NCBI RefSeq assembly: GCF_001194135.2
Contig: NC_068983.1
Span: 63,850,563-63,914,114 of the forward strand
DNA from: Octopus bimaculoides
Lineage: Eukaryota
Length of the DNA: 63,552 bases
Direction: 5' to 3'
The notes below the pieces were generated by a model. It saw nothing but the letters and a program-made list of their open reading frames with translations. It ran no database searches and was not told the origin of the DNA. The position numbers were made by a program, and so were the translations under genes. Positions 1 to 11,560 of the stretch are shown here, piece after piece. Positions within the stretch are counted from its first letter, which is position 1; every line of letters begins with the position of its first letter.

Positions 1-33
1 ACGAAGGGAAATAGCCCTGAAACTCGAGTCGCC
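1..33 (+). ncRNA. Minimal type I hammerhead ribozyme core, Penelope pLTR type; first 3 nt of the core cut off by the window edge
   Basis: [CTG]ACGA (1-4), stem II AGGG/CCCT with loop AAATAG (5-18), GAAAC (19-23), palindromic TCGA loop (24-27), GTC cleavage triplet (28-30). The CTG and the 5' strand of stem I lie outside the window. Confidence 0.7.
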
Positions 34-798
34 TTTATATATATATATTTATATTTATATATTTATATATTTGATCCTTTATATTGAACACTCAATATTT
101 CATCTACATTCAATACTTTATTTCATGGTGCCATCCATTTTTATTTTATTTTATTTTATATTATATGTTATATTATATATTGTATATTATATTATATATT
201 GTATATTCCATATTCTATACCGCACATTAGTTCTGCAGGAATATAAATAAAACATAAAAAACAGACAGTGTTGGAACTCTTTTAAGCAAAATAATATATA
301 TATATATATATATGTGTATATATGTATATATATATAGAGAGATATACATGTACATATATTACATGGAAAAACGCGATCATGAATAGTAATATTCTGAAGA
401 TTATAAACCTGGAAAAGTACAGGACAAGTTATTACACCTGAAAAAATATGGAATAGGCTGTTACTTCTAGTAATGTATAGAATAAGAAACTGTTTACTTG
501 AAATATTGCAGCAACGAATGCCAGTTTTTCTAATTTATCACTCTTTATAATTCTCATCTTTTAAATTTATTGTACAAAATTTAATGTTGAAAAAAGAGCC
601 GTGTTGGACGTTTTTTGGATAGTGTGATCTTTGGAATATTTTTGAATTTCGTCTGTGTTTTTGTGCTGTAAAACTTTAATTGTTAAATTTTGAAAGAAAG
701 AGAAGAAATCTCTTTGTCACAGTTGGTGAAACCAGTAACGGTTTCCCCGTGTAGGGAGGCCTGCACGATGGCCGAAGCAGGAAGAGTCAGTCCTACAC

Positions 799-1729
799 AT
801 GAAATGGAAAAAAATATGTGAAGAACAGTTGATGGAAAAAGAATGGCCAGCATTGGCGAAAAAGAATAATAACGAAGCAGGAAGTCAGAAAATAGTAAAG
901 GACAAGGAAGAATCAGGGAAAAGGATCGATTTTGCAGCAGTCGCTGGCGACAGGCAAAGAACGGTCAACGTCGGTAATACCGAGAGGCATAAGCATATGA
1001 TGAAGAGGGAAGGTCATGGTGTTATTGCAACCCCTACCCAAAGTTTAATAGAAAGAACACAGAAACAAACGATAATATTTAAAACATATAGTAAAAAATG
1101 AAAAAAAAATGAATACGTATCGGAGGCTGAGATCGAAAAATGCCTAAAAGCGTTATTTAAAAAAATTACATACATAACCAGAGGCAAGCGCTATGCTACG
1201 GTAGAGGTGAGAATGGAGTCAGAGGAAGCTGCCCGACTCCATTCTGTGGAGCCTCTGGAAACAGAAAATGTGCTTCTCCTACCACTGTCCATGAAATCAC
1301 AAATAACAATTGGAAAAAATCCCCCTGAAGTTGACCCAGAGTGGTTAGTCGCTGCAACGACAATGGGTATGGAAGATAAGATCGCAATTCTAGACGCAAT
1401 TGTGACTGAACCAAAACTGAGATTCGGCCAGGCTCTAAAAATGACTATTCAAGCAGAACAGGCCACACTGGAAGAAATAATTGAAAGCTTTGAGGTTGGT
1501 GGCACAAGACTAGTCGTGTCAGTGGATGGCCGCAAACCTCGTTGCTTCCAGTGTGGCAAGAAGGGTCACCTCAGGGTGAACTGCAACTAGAAGACGGAAG
1601 ATGGAAAGACTAACCAGGAGGATACAGAAGGAAAAAAGAAGGAAACTGGAGAAAAAGGGAAGAAAAATGGAGAAAAAAGGAAGGAAACAGAAAGGAAGGA
1701 AACAGAAGAAGAGGAAAAAAATCCAGAGA
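799..1729 (+). pseudogene. Tx1 ORF1 (gag-like, zinc knuckle) with two in-frame stops
   Basis: ORFs 799-1101 and 1207-1590 are one frame, interrupted by TGA at 1099-1101 and TAG at 1588-1590. Knuckle CFQCGKKGHLRVNC. An E/K-rich tail continues in frame into the gap at 1730. Confidence 0.85.
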
Positions 1730-1953
1730 NNNNNNNNNNNNNNNNNNNNNNNNNNNNNNNNNNNNNNNNNNNNNNNNNNNNNNNNNNNNNNNNNNNNNNN
1801 NNNNNNNNNNNNNNNNNNNNNNNNNNNNNNNNNNNNNNNNNNNNNNNNNNNNNNNNNNNNNNNNNNNNNNNNNNNNNNNNNNNNNNNNNNNNNNNNNNNN
1901 NNNNNNNNNNNNNNNNNNNNNNNNNNNNNNNNNNNNNNNNNNNNNNNNNNNNN

Positions 1954-4170
1954 AAATGACATCAGGTCGCGAAATTTAGATGTGATTGCTGCCACAGAAG
2001 CCCGGATAAGCAGGCCAAGAGATCTGCTCCCCCTCTTGAACGGCTACGAGAGATACGTCTCTCCATGTCGGCCGGGAGGTGGGGGTGGGGTGTTGGTCTT
2101 AATAAAAGGAGACCGGGTTCCTGAGGTAAAGTCTATTTTTATTGATCCTGGAGGCAAGCTGGTCGTCCTGGATTTGACATTTAGTTGTGGTAAGACAGTC
2201 AGGTTGGTCGCAATTTATGCACCCAATACAAGTGGTTTACAGAATCAATATTTCCGTGACCTCGGGAAATTCCTTGCGACATCACATTCTTTAGTCGTGT
2301 TAGGTGACTTCAACGCAATTGACGATGCGCGTGTTGATTGTGTTGGCTCGCAGACAGATAGAACAGCGAATCCTGGCTTTCGGGACCTGCTCTGCCACTT
2401 TCAGCTGGTAGACCCGTATAGACTGGAACACCCAAAAGCTCCACTGTGGACGTGATCAAATAGCGATGGGTCTTCCAGGTCTTATTTAGATAGGATATTG
2501 ATAAGAAAAGTAGATAAAGATATAGTTAGGTGTCCACAATTTTACCCAGTCAGCTATAGTGACCACAAGATGGTCACAAACAAGCTGACTGTAGATAAGA
2601 TGTATAGACAGGGATCTGGCTGCTGGAAACTCAACAAGTCCCTCTTGGAGAATGAGGAGTACAGAAAGCGGATCAAGCTAATAATTCAAAGGGCGTTAAC
2701 AGGTACCATCATTAATAATAAATGGTGGTACGCCCTTAAGCAAGCTATAAAATATGAGTCGATTAGATTTAGTATAGGCATAGCTAAGAAGGAACGTAGA
2801 ATAGGCGATGGTCTAGTTAAGGAGTTAGAGAAAGCCACGGAGAATGGTAATGCGGACCAAGTGAAGGCCAAGAGACTGGAACTAAACCAGCACCTCGAAA
2901 GCCAACACATGGGAAGCATTATCAGAGCAAAAATTCGTGCAATGGGTTGCGAAGGAATCAAAGCTGCCGGATGGGCCCGAGTGGTGGAAGCTCAACGGGG
3001 TAATAACTTCATTATTCGGTCTGTGGTGAACCTTCAGGACGTATTGGTAAACGAACCCGAGGAGATGTGTGAGGCCTTTCAGGAGCACTTCGCCAAGCTT
3101 TTCGGGGGTGATGGTGAGCCGCGTGGTGGGGAAGACCTTGAGAACCTCCTTGCCGGGCTGCCACGCCTCTCGGGGCCGAATGCGGAGGCTTGTGAGGGGC
3201 CGATCACGATTGGGGAGATAATCGAGGCGTTGGCGAACTGTGGTAGGGGCAAATCGCCGGGACTTGATGGCCTACCCTATGAATTATATAAAAGCATGCC
3301 AGACTTGTTCGGACACCTTTTGGCTTGTGTGTACACGAACTGGCAACAGAATGGGTGGATCCCCAGATCTGTGCGCCGGGGAGTAGTGACACTGGTCAGG
3401 AAGGACCCGAACAAGGGGGATTGTTTAGAAAACTTTAGGCCCATCACTCTGCTAAATACAGAAGTAAAGATTTTGGCCAAGGTATTAACGAAAAGGTTGG
3501 CGCGTGTCGCGGATGGTTTGATTGGGGAGGCACAGACTTGTGCCATCCCTGATAGGACCATTCAGGATAATCTCCACCTTATCCGCTATACCATAGAGAG
3601 GTTTTGGACTAAGACTGGCCTTGGTGCATTTAGTCCAATCTAAGGCATTTGATAGGGTCGGCCATCGATACCTGGTGAGTGTTCTTGCGAGGTTTGGTTT
3701 GCGCGTCGGTTTCCTCAGCTGGATCATTCAATTGTACCACAACATTGACTCGATAGTTCGGGTGAACGGTTTTCTCTCTAAACCGTTCTGCATCAAACGT
3801 TCGGTTCGTCAGAGGTGTCCACTTTCTCCGCTTTTGTACGTGGTGGCTCTGGAGCCGCTGCAGAGAAAGCTGAGGGAGATCCCGAGAGCGCCGGGCGTGG
3901 AGGAGTTTGTTACAGCATATGCGGACGACATCACCATCAGCGTGACCACAATGACACGCCTACGTAAAGTAGGCAAAGTTATTGAGGAGTATGAGACGGT
4001 GGCAGGAGCTAAGATTAATCGGGATAAGTCAGTCGGCTTGCAACTCGGCACCTGGAGGGGCAGAGGTGTTGAGCAAGATAGCCGGTATAGCCAAGAGTTG
4101 GTCTTGGCGAAGGCTGTCCTCGAAAGGGAGGGCGGAGGTAGCCAATGTGTTGATCGCATCGGTTATTCAC
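1954..4170 (+). pseudogene. Tx1 ORF2 (APE endonuclease + reverse transcriptase), disrupted
   Basis: APE motifs AIYAPN, VLGDFNA, SYLDRI, SDHKMV. RT motifs PGLDGLPYE, NFRPITLLN, QSKAFDRV, CPLSPLLY, YADD. In-frame TGA at 2453-2455, frameshift near 3600-3630, deletion plus frameshift near 4067, then WSWRRLSSKGRAEVAN. Confidence 0.92.
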
Positions 4171-4215
4171 TTACATGGAAACATTGAAATATTACCTTTC
4201 AGTAATCTATACCGT

Positions 4216-4243
4216 GACGACGACGACGACGACGATGATGATG

Positions 4244-4277
<34 letters not shown>

Positions 4278-4281
4278 TAAC

Positions 4282-4335
<54 letters not shown>
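4216..4335 (+). repeat. Compound microsatellite (GAC)n(GAT)n(AAT)n
   Basis: Read directly from the sequence. Confidence 0.98.
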
Positions 4336-4336
<1 letters not shown>

Positions 4337-4864
4337 TTTTCTTCTGCTCTAATGCTGTGTTCGCCTCTTGGAACATACAGTCTGTCTGTGTAACATTTTG
4401 GGTTAGCAACTTCCTTGTCTTCCCGTCTAAGCTGTTTAGTTCGTCTACTGTCCATGCGATTACCCCTGCTCCATATCTAAGGAGTGAAACCACCCAGGTG
4501 TTAATAGTTTCGATCTTATTCCGTCCATTTAATTTCGACTTAAGGATCAGTCTCAGTCTGCGCAAGTACTCCAGTTTAAATTTTTCTGTCATTTCTTTCT
4601 CCATCAATTTATCAATTTCCAAAATCCCCAAGTACTTATAGCCCGTCTCTTGTATCTGCTTCATAACCTCGCGCGACGGTACCGTTAGCTCGTCCATACA
4701 TTTGATTTTGCGTCTCTTCAAGACTAACACACCACACTTTCTCAGCCCGTACTCCATTCCAAAAGCAGCTCTGAAGGTATACACCGATTCAACGAGGGAG
4801 GTGACTTGGGATTCATCTTTACCATAAAATTTGAGGTCATCCATGAATAACTAATGGTTGACTT
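4336..4864 (-). mobile_element. R4/Dong-clade RLE retrotransposon, RT/thumb segment (inverted part of a 5'-inverted insertion)
   Basis: NH*LFMDDLKFY, YKYLGILE, KSKLNGRNKIETINTW, LRYGAGVIAW, DRLYVPR. Confidence 0.88.
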
Positions 4865-5254
4865 AGGAAGCTGGACATGGTCTTAATTGAGAAAGAAAGC
4901 AAACGATGCCCAGCTGACAAGGTAAGCGATAAGGAAGAAATAAAGTTGGGACATATAACAGGTTAACTTGGGAAGTTAAACAGTTGTGGTCGATGAAAAA
5001 ATAGGAGTAGTACCAATAATTGTCGGAGCCCTGGGAACAGTGAGCAAAAATCTCGAGAAGTAGGTGGAACAAAGAGGGGCTCTAGTAAGGGTGGAACACT
5101 TGCAGAAAACAGCACTTCTTAGAACTGCTCGAATACTCCGGAAGGTTCTCGAAAAATAAGAGGTGTTAGCTTAGTTCACTGGTAGTGAACAGCTGACACT
5201 GTAGTACATCTCCAGCGTTAGAAGCTGTGCAAAGGCAATAATGATAATAATAAT
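4864..5254 (+). mobile_element. R4/Dong-clade 3' end: RLE domain, 3'UTR and (AAT)n tail
   Basis: VVPIIVGALGTVSKNLEK and LQKTALLRTARILRKVLEK*. The 3'UTR aligns closely with 19005-19085. AAT tail at 5237-5254. Confidence 0.88.
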
Positions 5255-5400
5255 CCTTTCTACTATAGGCACAAGACCTGAAATTTGGTGTAGGGGATAA
5301 TAAATTACATCGACCTCAGTGTTTTAATAGTACTTAAATTATTGAGCCCGAAATGCAAAGTCAGACGCAGTGGAATTTGAACTCAGATCGTGAAGACGGA
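5255..5400 (-). mobile_element. SINE family B, 5'-truncated, sharing the AAT/ATT tract tail-to-tail with the R4 copy
   Basis: Reverse complement aligns with the copy at 27353-27565 (ctgagttcaaattcc...cttgtgcctatagtagaaagg). Confidence 0.75.
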
Positions 5401-5869
5401 GCATCACAAGGAGAGTAAAAGTTTTTGTGGGGTTTTACATAACAGATAAGGAAAAAAAGTGGAAAAGGATTGTGAAATTCGATAAATATATACATATTAT
5501 TAGAACTATATTCTAACATGAATGATGCAGTACTCTCGACACAAAGGAAACTCCTGCTAGGGACAATAAAAACTACCACAGATCCTCACCCCCAAAGCAC
5601 AAGTCCTCTCCCAACTGTTGCTCTCCAATCTACAGCATATATAGCCGTTTTTACTACAGTTACCCATCGTATCCAAGATCTATTTGAAGCCGCACTTATC
5701 TCCGCCCTCACTTTTCTTTCCAAGTGGAACTTAAGAATATCGATGAAGGCTTAATGAAGAGGAAGGTACCTTTCTTCAATCTTTTCAGGCTCGTCCTCCA
5801 CACAACCTATTTCGCCATAGCCACTAGACAGAGGAAGAAATTGAAAAACAGTTGGCGTTGCGTACAAAA

Positions 5870-6095
5870 TTGACTAAATACATTGGCGTTAGATTCTATT
5901 CGGTATAGGGCAGGAATCATAAACTGGCAAAAGAAAAACTGATGAGCATGGATTCAAAGACACGGAAAATATTGACAGTGCATGCAACATTTCACTTCAA
6001 GAGTAACACTGATCGGTTATACTCGTCTTGAAGAAAGTTGTTAGGATTGTGTTGAATCAGTGGAAAATAGTTTTGGGTGGCATGTGAAAAATGTC
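5870..6095 (+). mobile_element. R4/Dong-clade RT thumb fragment, highly decayed
   Basis: Frameshifted RYRAGIINW, KTRKILTVHATFHFKSNTDRLY, ESVENSFGWHVK. Confidence 0.6.
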
Positions 6096-6906
6096 AAGCA
6101 ACATTGTTAATGTATGCAGATAAGTCCGGAATCATTAAAACGGATACATTGATTGGTTCCGAAAGAGAAATTTCAAGAGGAAAAGATACGGACGTTAAAT
6201 AGCTTTAAAGTAATTGCAAATACGTCGCTAAGTATAAGCATATTTGTACTAGAGTATGCTAGCATTTTTGTAACACCAAGGAAATTACTTTACCCGAAGT
6301 TTGAATTTGTTTGACGGTTACAGATTGCCTAGGCTTACATATTTACCAGTTTATATAATATATCTAACCAAATAAAGTAACTTCAAGGTGATTGCTTAGT
6401 TCCCTTAAAATAGAAGTTGAATTTTCTGCAAACATTCTTTATGCAGCTCCCGTGAAACATAGATAATGCAGGCATGGCCAAATTAAGTCCGAGAAAGAAG
6501 GTGATATAGCCATGACCTTTTGACTCTGTGACTGATCATTTCAGACTGATGAGGAGAGGATGCTAAATAGAATATGATATAAAGTTAATATCCCGAAATA
6601 TTTCTTTCATTAGTATAAAGGCGAGTATAAAATAGGGTGGATATTGTCAATCGAATATACTACAGTACTTAACAAAGTCGTAGGAGGAGGAAAGTATATA
6701 TTGTTAGGAATTTAGACAGATATCATAACACTTTTTCACAAATATTATCAGCGTACAGTCGCACACACGTATATCAGGACACATACACACATATACAAGA
6801 AAATTATAAAATGAAATATATTCATAATATATATATAGTAATCTCATGCACATATATCTAGTTTGAATCTGTGTTTGTAAAGGTGATTATAGTAGTTGAA
6901 TGTGTT

Positions 6907-6908
<2 letters not shown>

Positions 6909-6948
<40 letters not shown>

Positions 6949-6975
6949 CTCTCTTTCTCTCTCAGTCTCTCTTTC
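6909..6975 (+). repeat. (CT)n microsatellite
   Basis: Read directly from the sequence. Confidence 0.95.
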
Positions 6976-8132
6976 GCTCCCTCTCCACCTTCACTCTCCA
7001 TCACCCGCTCTTTCCTATTCTGCTCGAAGCTCCGCCATTTCCAGTGTTGATTCAAAGAAGAGAGAATATACCTTACGGGGATCTGTTTTTTTCACGGATG
7101 AAATGACCATTTGTTATGGCAAAGTCATGACATTTCTTGCGGACGGAAGATCCATTCAATGTTATACAACCACTAAATGCATACAATACATCACAGATAT
7201 CAATTGCAGCGTCTCAAATTATTCCTATCTTTTCTTTCTCTCTTATTTGTGGTTGTGTGGTTTTGCAACTAATGTTGTAGTTGTATCCCGCCATGATAAA
7301 CGTATTACCAATTCACAAGAGACAATAAAGATCTTTCAGTAAAAAGCCCACAGGAACGAATGCAAAATCTTCTTGTATTGTTGAGTTTATTTTAACTATT
7401 TTCCCGTATATCTGTTTCATTGGTTATTTCACATTTTCAACGATTTTTCAACATAATACGTAGGTTTATATGGCAATAAAACTACAAAAATATATAATGC
7501 ATGATCTAAAATATATCTTAATTTCCATAGCACTAAATACTATAGATTTAGCATGAAGCAGCAAATTTATGGAGTAATGTATAATAGTCGATTAAGATTT
7601 CTGTATTCCTTAAATAATATCTGCTGTATCCACCACAGAACAATGAGAAATAAAGTGAATGTGGGATATGAAAACCAAAATTAAAGACACTGAATTACTA
7701 GAAAGCTTTTAGGGATTTTGTGAACCATTTCTCTACCATATGGTAATGATGTCTAATATAGGTATAATGTTAATTGAAAGAAGGTACAATCGATTAGAAC
7801 TATTAGAACACTGAGAGATTCCATGGAAACAAATGACATCAACTTAATGTATAGAACGTAACTGAATGCATAAGAAAGTAAGTCATCAATGATCTGGTTC
7901 TCCAAGCCATAAACTATTATGCTCTTAAACGATAAGATATGTGAAGTTACCCGCTTTCTAAAATTTAGAATAGGGATAATTACAATGTAGAAAATAGCAC
8001 TACTACGACAGCCTTTATATTACACTTATATTTAAATAGATGAGAAAAGATGAAACCCAAAATAAAACAGTGCATGTTTCCAAGGCGAACACCACTGTGT
8101 TCAATTATCCAATAAAAACAACACCATGGGAA

Positions 8133-8181
<49 letters not shown>

Positions 8182-8217
8182 GTAATAGTAATAGTGATGA
8201 TGATGATGATGATGATA

Positions 8218-8270
<53 letters not shown>

Positions 8271-8288
8271 AAGAATAAGAATAAGAAT
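8133..8288 (+). repeat. Compound microsatellite (AAT)n(AGT)(GAT)n(AAG/AAT)
   Basis: Read directly; lies immediately 5' of an R4 fragment. Confidence 0.97.
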
Positions 8289-8319
8289 CTAAGTCCCTCA
8301 TAATATTTATGTGTTACTT

Positions 8320-10497
8320 AGGCGGATGAATGGAGAGTAAATCAAGGAACGAGTAAAGTCAATAATGTATCGGAAGACATTGAAGGTAAGAACATCTCAC
8401 AAACAAATAAACTCATGAAAACTGTTGCAGAAAGGGTGGGACTGAAGATGAATGAGAACAGAACCTCTAAGAAACGAAATAAACAACCTTGGTGGAAACA
8501 GAGAATATCAGAAGCTGTACACTCCCTGAACAGTGTAGTGTCAATACTTGACAGAGATAGAAAAAGTGAATTGAAGAATGGTCGCAAATTTCAAAAACTG
8601 AAGAAGTACGAAATGGTGTAAAAAGGTGCCCGGATGCGCTAACAGATGGCAGCACAGTGTTGCATGCACAGTGAGAGTTGGCAGTGGCCCTCATGAGGCA
8701 GTGTGCCGAGTGGCATCGCAGTGTTTGCATCACAAGTTGTGAAATTTGTGTTTTTGTGATCACGTGTATGCTGTAGTCTGCGACTTTGTCATGGACAGGA
8801 AGTTGGAAAAAAGAGTTAACGTGAAATTTTGCGTTAAATGTGGGAAGTCTGCTACATAAACATTCAGCATACTTCGATAAGCTTACCGCGACGAGGCAAT
8901 GGGTGGTTTGCAGGTTTTTGAGTAGCACGGGCGCTTCTAAAACGGAAAAACGTTCCTGGAAGACGGTGAGCTACCAGGAAGAACATCAAGAGCGTTCACC
9001 AGCGTTGCCCTCGGAAATGTGGAGAACTTTTATCAGCTTCTGCTTGAGGACCGTCGGAGAAAAATTAACGATAGCGCTGAAATTGTTCGCCTGTCGTATG
9101 GGTCCGTGCAGTTAATTCTAACGTCTGAAACTTGCGGCTTATCTCTGCCAAGTTTGTCAGCTGAGCAATGAGCAGAAAGAATATTGCGTCGAAGTCTGTC
9201 AAGATCTCCGTCAGGGATCACCGTTGACGGCAGTTGTGTCTACGGGTACGAACTTGAGACGGAGTAGCCGTTGTCTCTACGATCGAAGAAGGTATGACAG
9301 AACTGCAGCTCAATCAACAGCATGCTCATCTCTTTTTCGACATCCGCGGTATTATGCATTAAGAATCCTCCACCTCTCAGGGCCAGACCTTCAATCGGAA
9401 GTCCTTCTGCAACATTTTAATGCATTTCAGGGAGGACATTCGCCGAAAGCGACTGGATCTGTGGAGCACGAAGAACTGTATTCTTTACCAAGACAATGCA
9501 CCCTGTCACCGAGCTCTTCTCACTCAGGCGTTTCTCGCCGAAAACATGGAATAGCTTCCGCACCCACCCTATTCGTCAGATTTTGCCCCTACGGAATTAC
9601 ATCTCTTCCCTAAGATGAAACTGCAGCCCAAAGATCCCAGTTTTAAAACTGTTATCGAGATCAAGAACAGATCGTAGGAAATCCACGACTCGCTTACGAA
9701 AAACGACTTCAAGGCCCCATTCCAAAAGTCGCAGGAACGCTGGGATCGGTGTATTGCAGCACAAGATGACTATTTCGAAGGAAATGATGTTGAAACTTAG
9801 GAAATATGTTATTTTTCTTTAGTAAATGTAACTAGTCCGGAACGCTGTGATACCACCTCGTATAGTGCTAATATAAAGGACTGATTGAAGAGCTGAAGCA
9901 GCGCATACTTGTCAAAAAAGCAAAGAAACAATACCAGCAAAACTGATCGTTTAGAAACGGCCAAAAAGATTTTACCAGGAAATTAACGATGATTTACCAT
10001 TTGAAAGATTAGATGAAAGTCAACAGTTTTGAGGTGTGATATAAAGTAAACAAGAACAGCATAATACTGGAGCTGAATGGCTCTGAAGTCTGAAGCAAAG
10101 ACCTTCTTACACTCAGTAAGAAGCTATTCTTTTTACTGAGAGCAATGTTAGGAATATGCGCATAAATATGAGTCATTAAATAACAGGAAAATCTGATGGT
10201 ATACACGGATTTTATATAAAAATTTCAATGGATACCATAAATTGATTGGAGTGCAATTTAATGAATTGGTGTTGTGTTTGAAGGATGTGTCGAAAGGAAA
10301 TACTACCGACAATTACAGGCTAATTTCTTGCCTTCCATAATGTGGAAGTTTACTGTTAGGAAGCATTGCAGAAGAAATGTCTAACTTTCTTGATGACAAG
10401 GACATTTTACCAATGGAATAAAAAGGTTGTTGGGGAAATGCAGAAGCACCAAAAACTAATTATTGATAAACAAAATAGTAATGCAAGATTGTAAATG
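8320..10497 (+). mobile_element. R4/Dong-clade N-terminal-to-RT fragment, split by a mariner insertion
   Basis: PWWKQRI...KLKKY (to 8608) resumes after 9862 as GLIEELKQRIL and KRFYQEI, then DGIHGFYIK, NYRLISCLP, E*KGCWGKCRSTKN*LLINKIVMQDCK. Confidence 0.8.
8609..9860 (+). mobile_element. Mariner (DD34D-type) DNA transposon, near full length, transposase pseudogene 8791-9800
   Basis: TA duplication at 8607-8608 and 9861-9862. Degenerate TIRs CGAAATGGTGTAAAAAGGTGCCCGGA and TCCGGAACGCTGTGATACCACCTCG. MDRKLEKRVNVKFCVK, QDNAPCH, PPYSSDFAP, RWDRCIAAQDDYFEG. Confidence 0.92.
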
Positions 10498-10627
10498 ATG
10501 GAGGTAAGTACTTTTCTTTCGACATTCAGCACTAAATAGATACACACATATGAGAGGAAGATTCAAAATATATGCGTTAAATATTAAGAAATAACGAATA
10601 AATAAAGATATGTATGAGGTGTGCGTG

Positions 10628-10634
<7 letters not shown>

Positions 10635-10689
<55 letters not shown>

Positions 10690-10735
10690 AATATATATTT
10701 TGTATTATATATTATAACATATTACACACACACGC

Positions 10736-10768
<33 letters not shown>

Positions 10769-10798
10769 AGCACACACACACAAGCACACACACACACA

Positions 10799-10832
<34 letters not shown>
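10635..10832 (+). repeat. (TA)n and (CA)n microsatellites
   Basis: Read directly from the sequence. Confidence 0.95.
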
Positions 10833-10838
<6 letters not shown>

Positions 10839-11560
10839 TTGTTTTTATCGGCTATTCTGCCGGATTTGCAAGAGAAAGAATCTTTGCTGTAAAATATTTC
10901 TCTTTCCCACTTTCGTTCGTAAAATAATCACAAAATGACATATTCCTTTTTCTGTATCTCTTTTTAATGATTTAATTTTTAACATGTTTTCAGCGATGGC
11001 ACTGTTTCAGAAATTCGCTTTCCATCATCACTCGAAAGTGCACTCGGGATTTAAATACATTTTATACAAGATGATATGCATATAAGATACCTGAAAAAAT
11101 ACTCTATTCTTTGGGTCATAGATAAAAATTAAAATAAAAGTACTTGGAAGATATGTGTAAAAAAAGGTAACCGGTTTGATTTATTTCATAACAGGGCTTT
11201 ATTTTTTGATTTAGCTCTCTGTATAACTTATCTGTTATGATTTTCTCATTTAAAGCAGACTGTTACACTGTAAGACAAATAATGTACGAAATGCTGTGAA
11301 ATATGTTCAACCATATCTATCTCATGTATCTAACAATGACTATGATTGAAAATTCATTAAAGATAGCACTCGCATGTACTTAATACATAGAAACACTTGT
11401 CTGAGCTACGAGCGCTAAATTGCACCATCACGATTTGATATTATTTGAATGGACATATTTTCATATTTTCATACAAATTTGTGCTAGAGTTAAATAATAA
11501 AATAATGACAAAAAAATAAATAAGTTCCAATAAATTATTTTGAACACATTTGTAGCTAAC

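Larger units (their letters stand above)
700..4170 (+). mobile_element. Tx1-clade (L1 group) non-LTR retrotransposon, 3'-truncated, mildly decayed
   Basis: ORF1 with a CCHC knuckle followed by ORF2 with APE endonuclease and RT motifs. Visibly more GC-rich than the flanks. The 5' boundary is approximate. Confidence 0.9.

Noticed and set aside
1601-1729. Apparent K/R-rich N-terminus fused to the APE domain (ORF 1601-2455)
   Set aside because: The fusion depends on gap length; this stretch is an alternative frame of the ORF1 E/K-rich tail.
5500-5800. Possible GIY-YIG C-terminus (RIQDLFEAALI) followed by TAATGA and a hairpin
   Set aside because: No CTGANGA or GAAA core and too little protein similarity to call.
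6896-7342. 148-aa ORF
   Set aside because: The first third is a (CT)n repeat and the rest has no recognisable motif.
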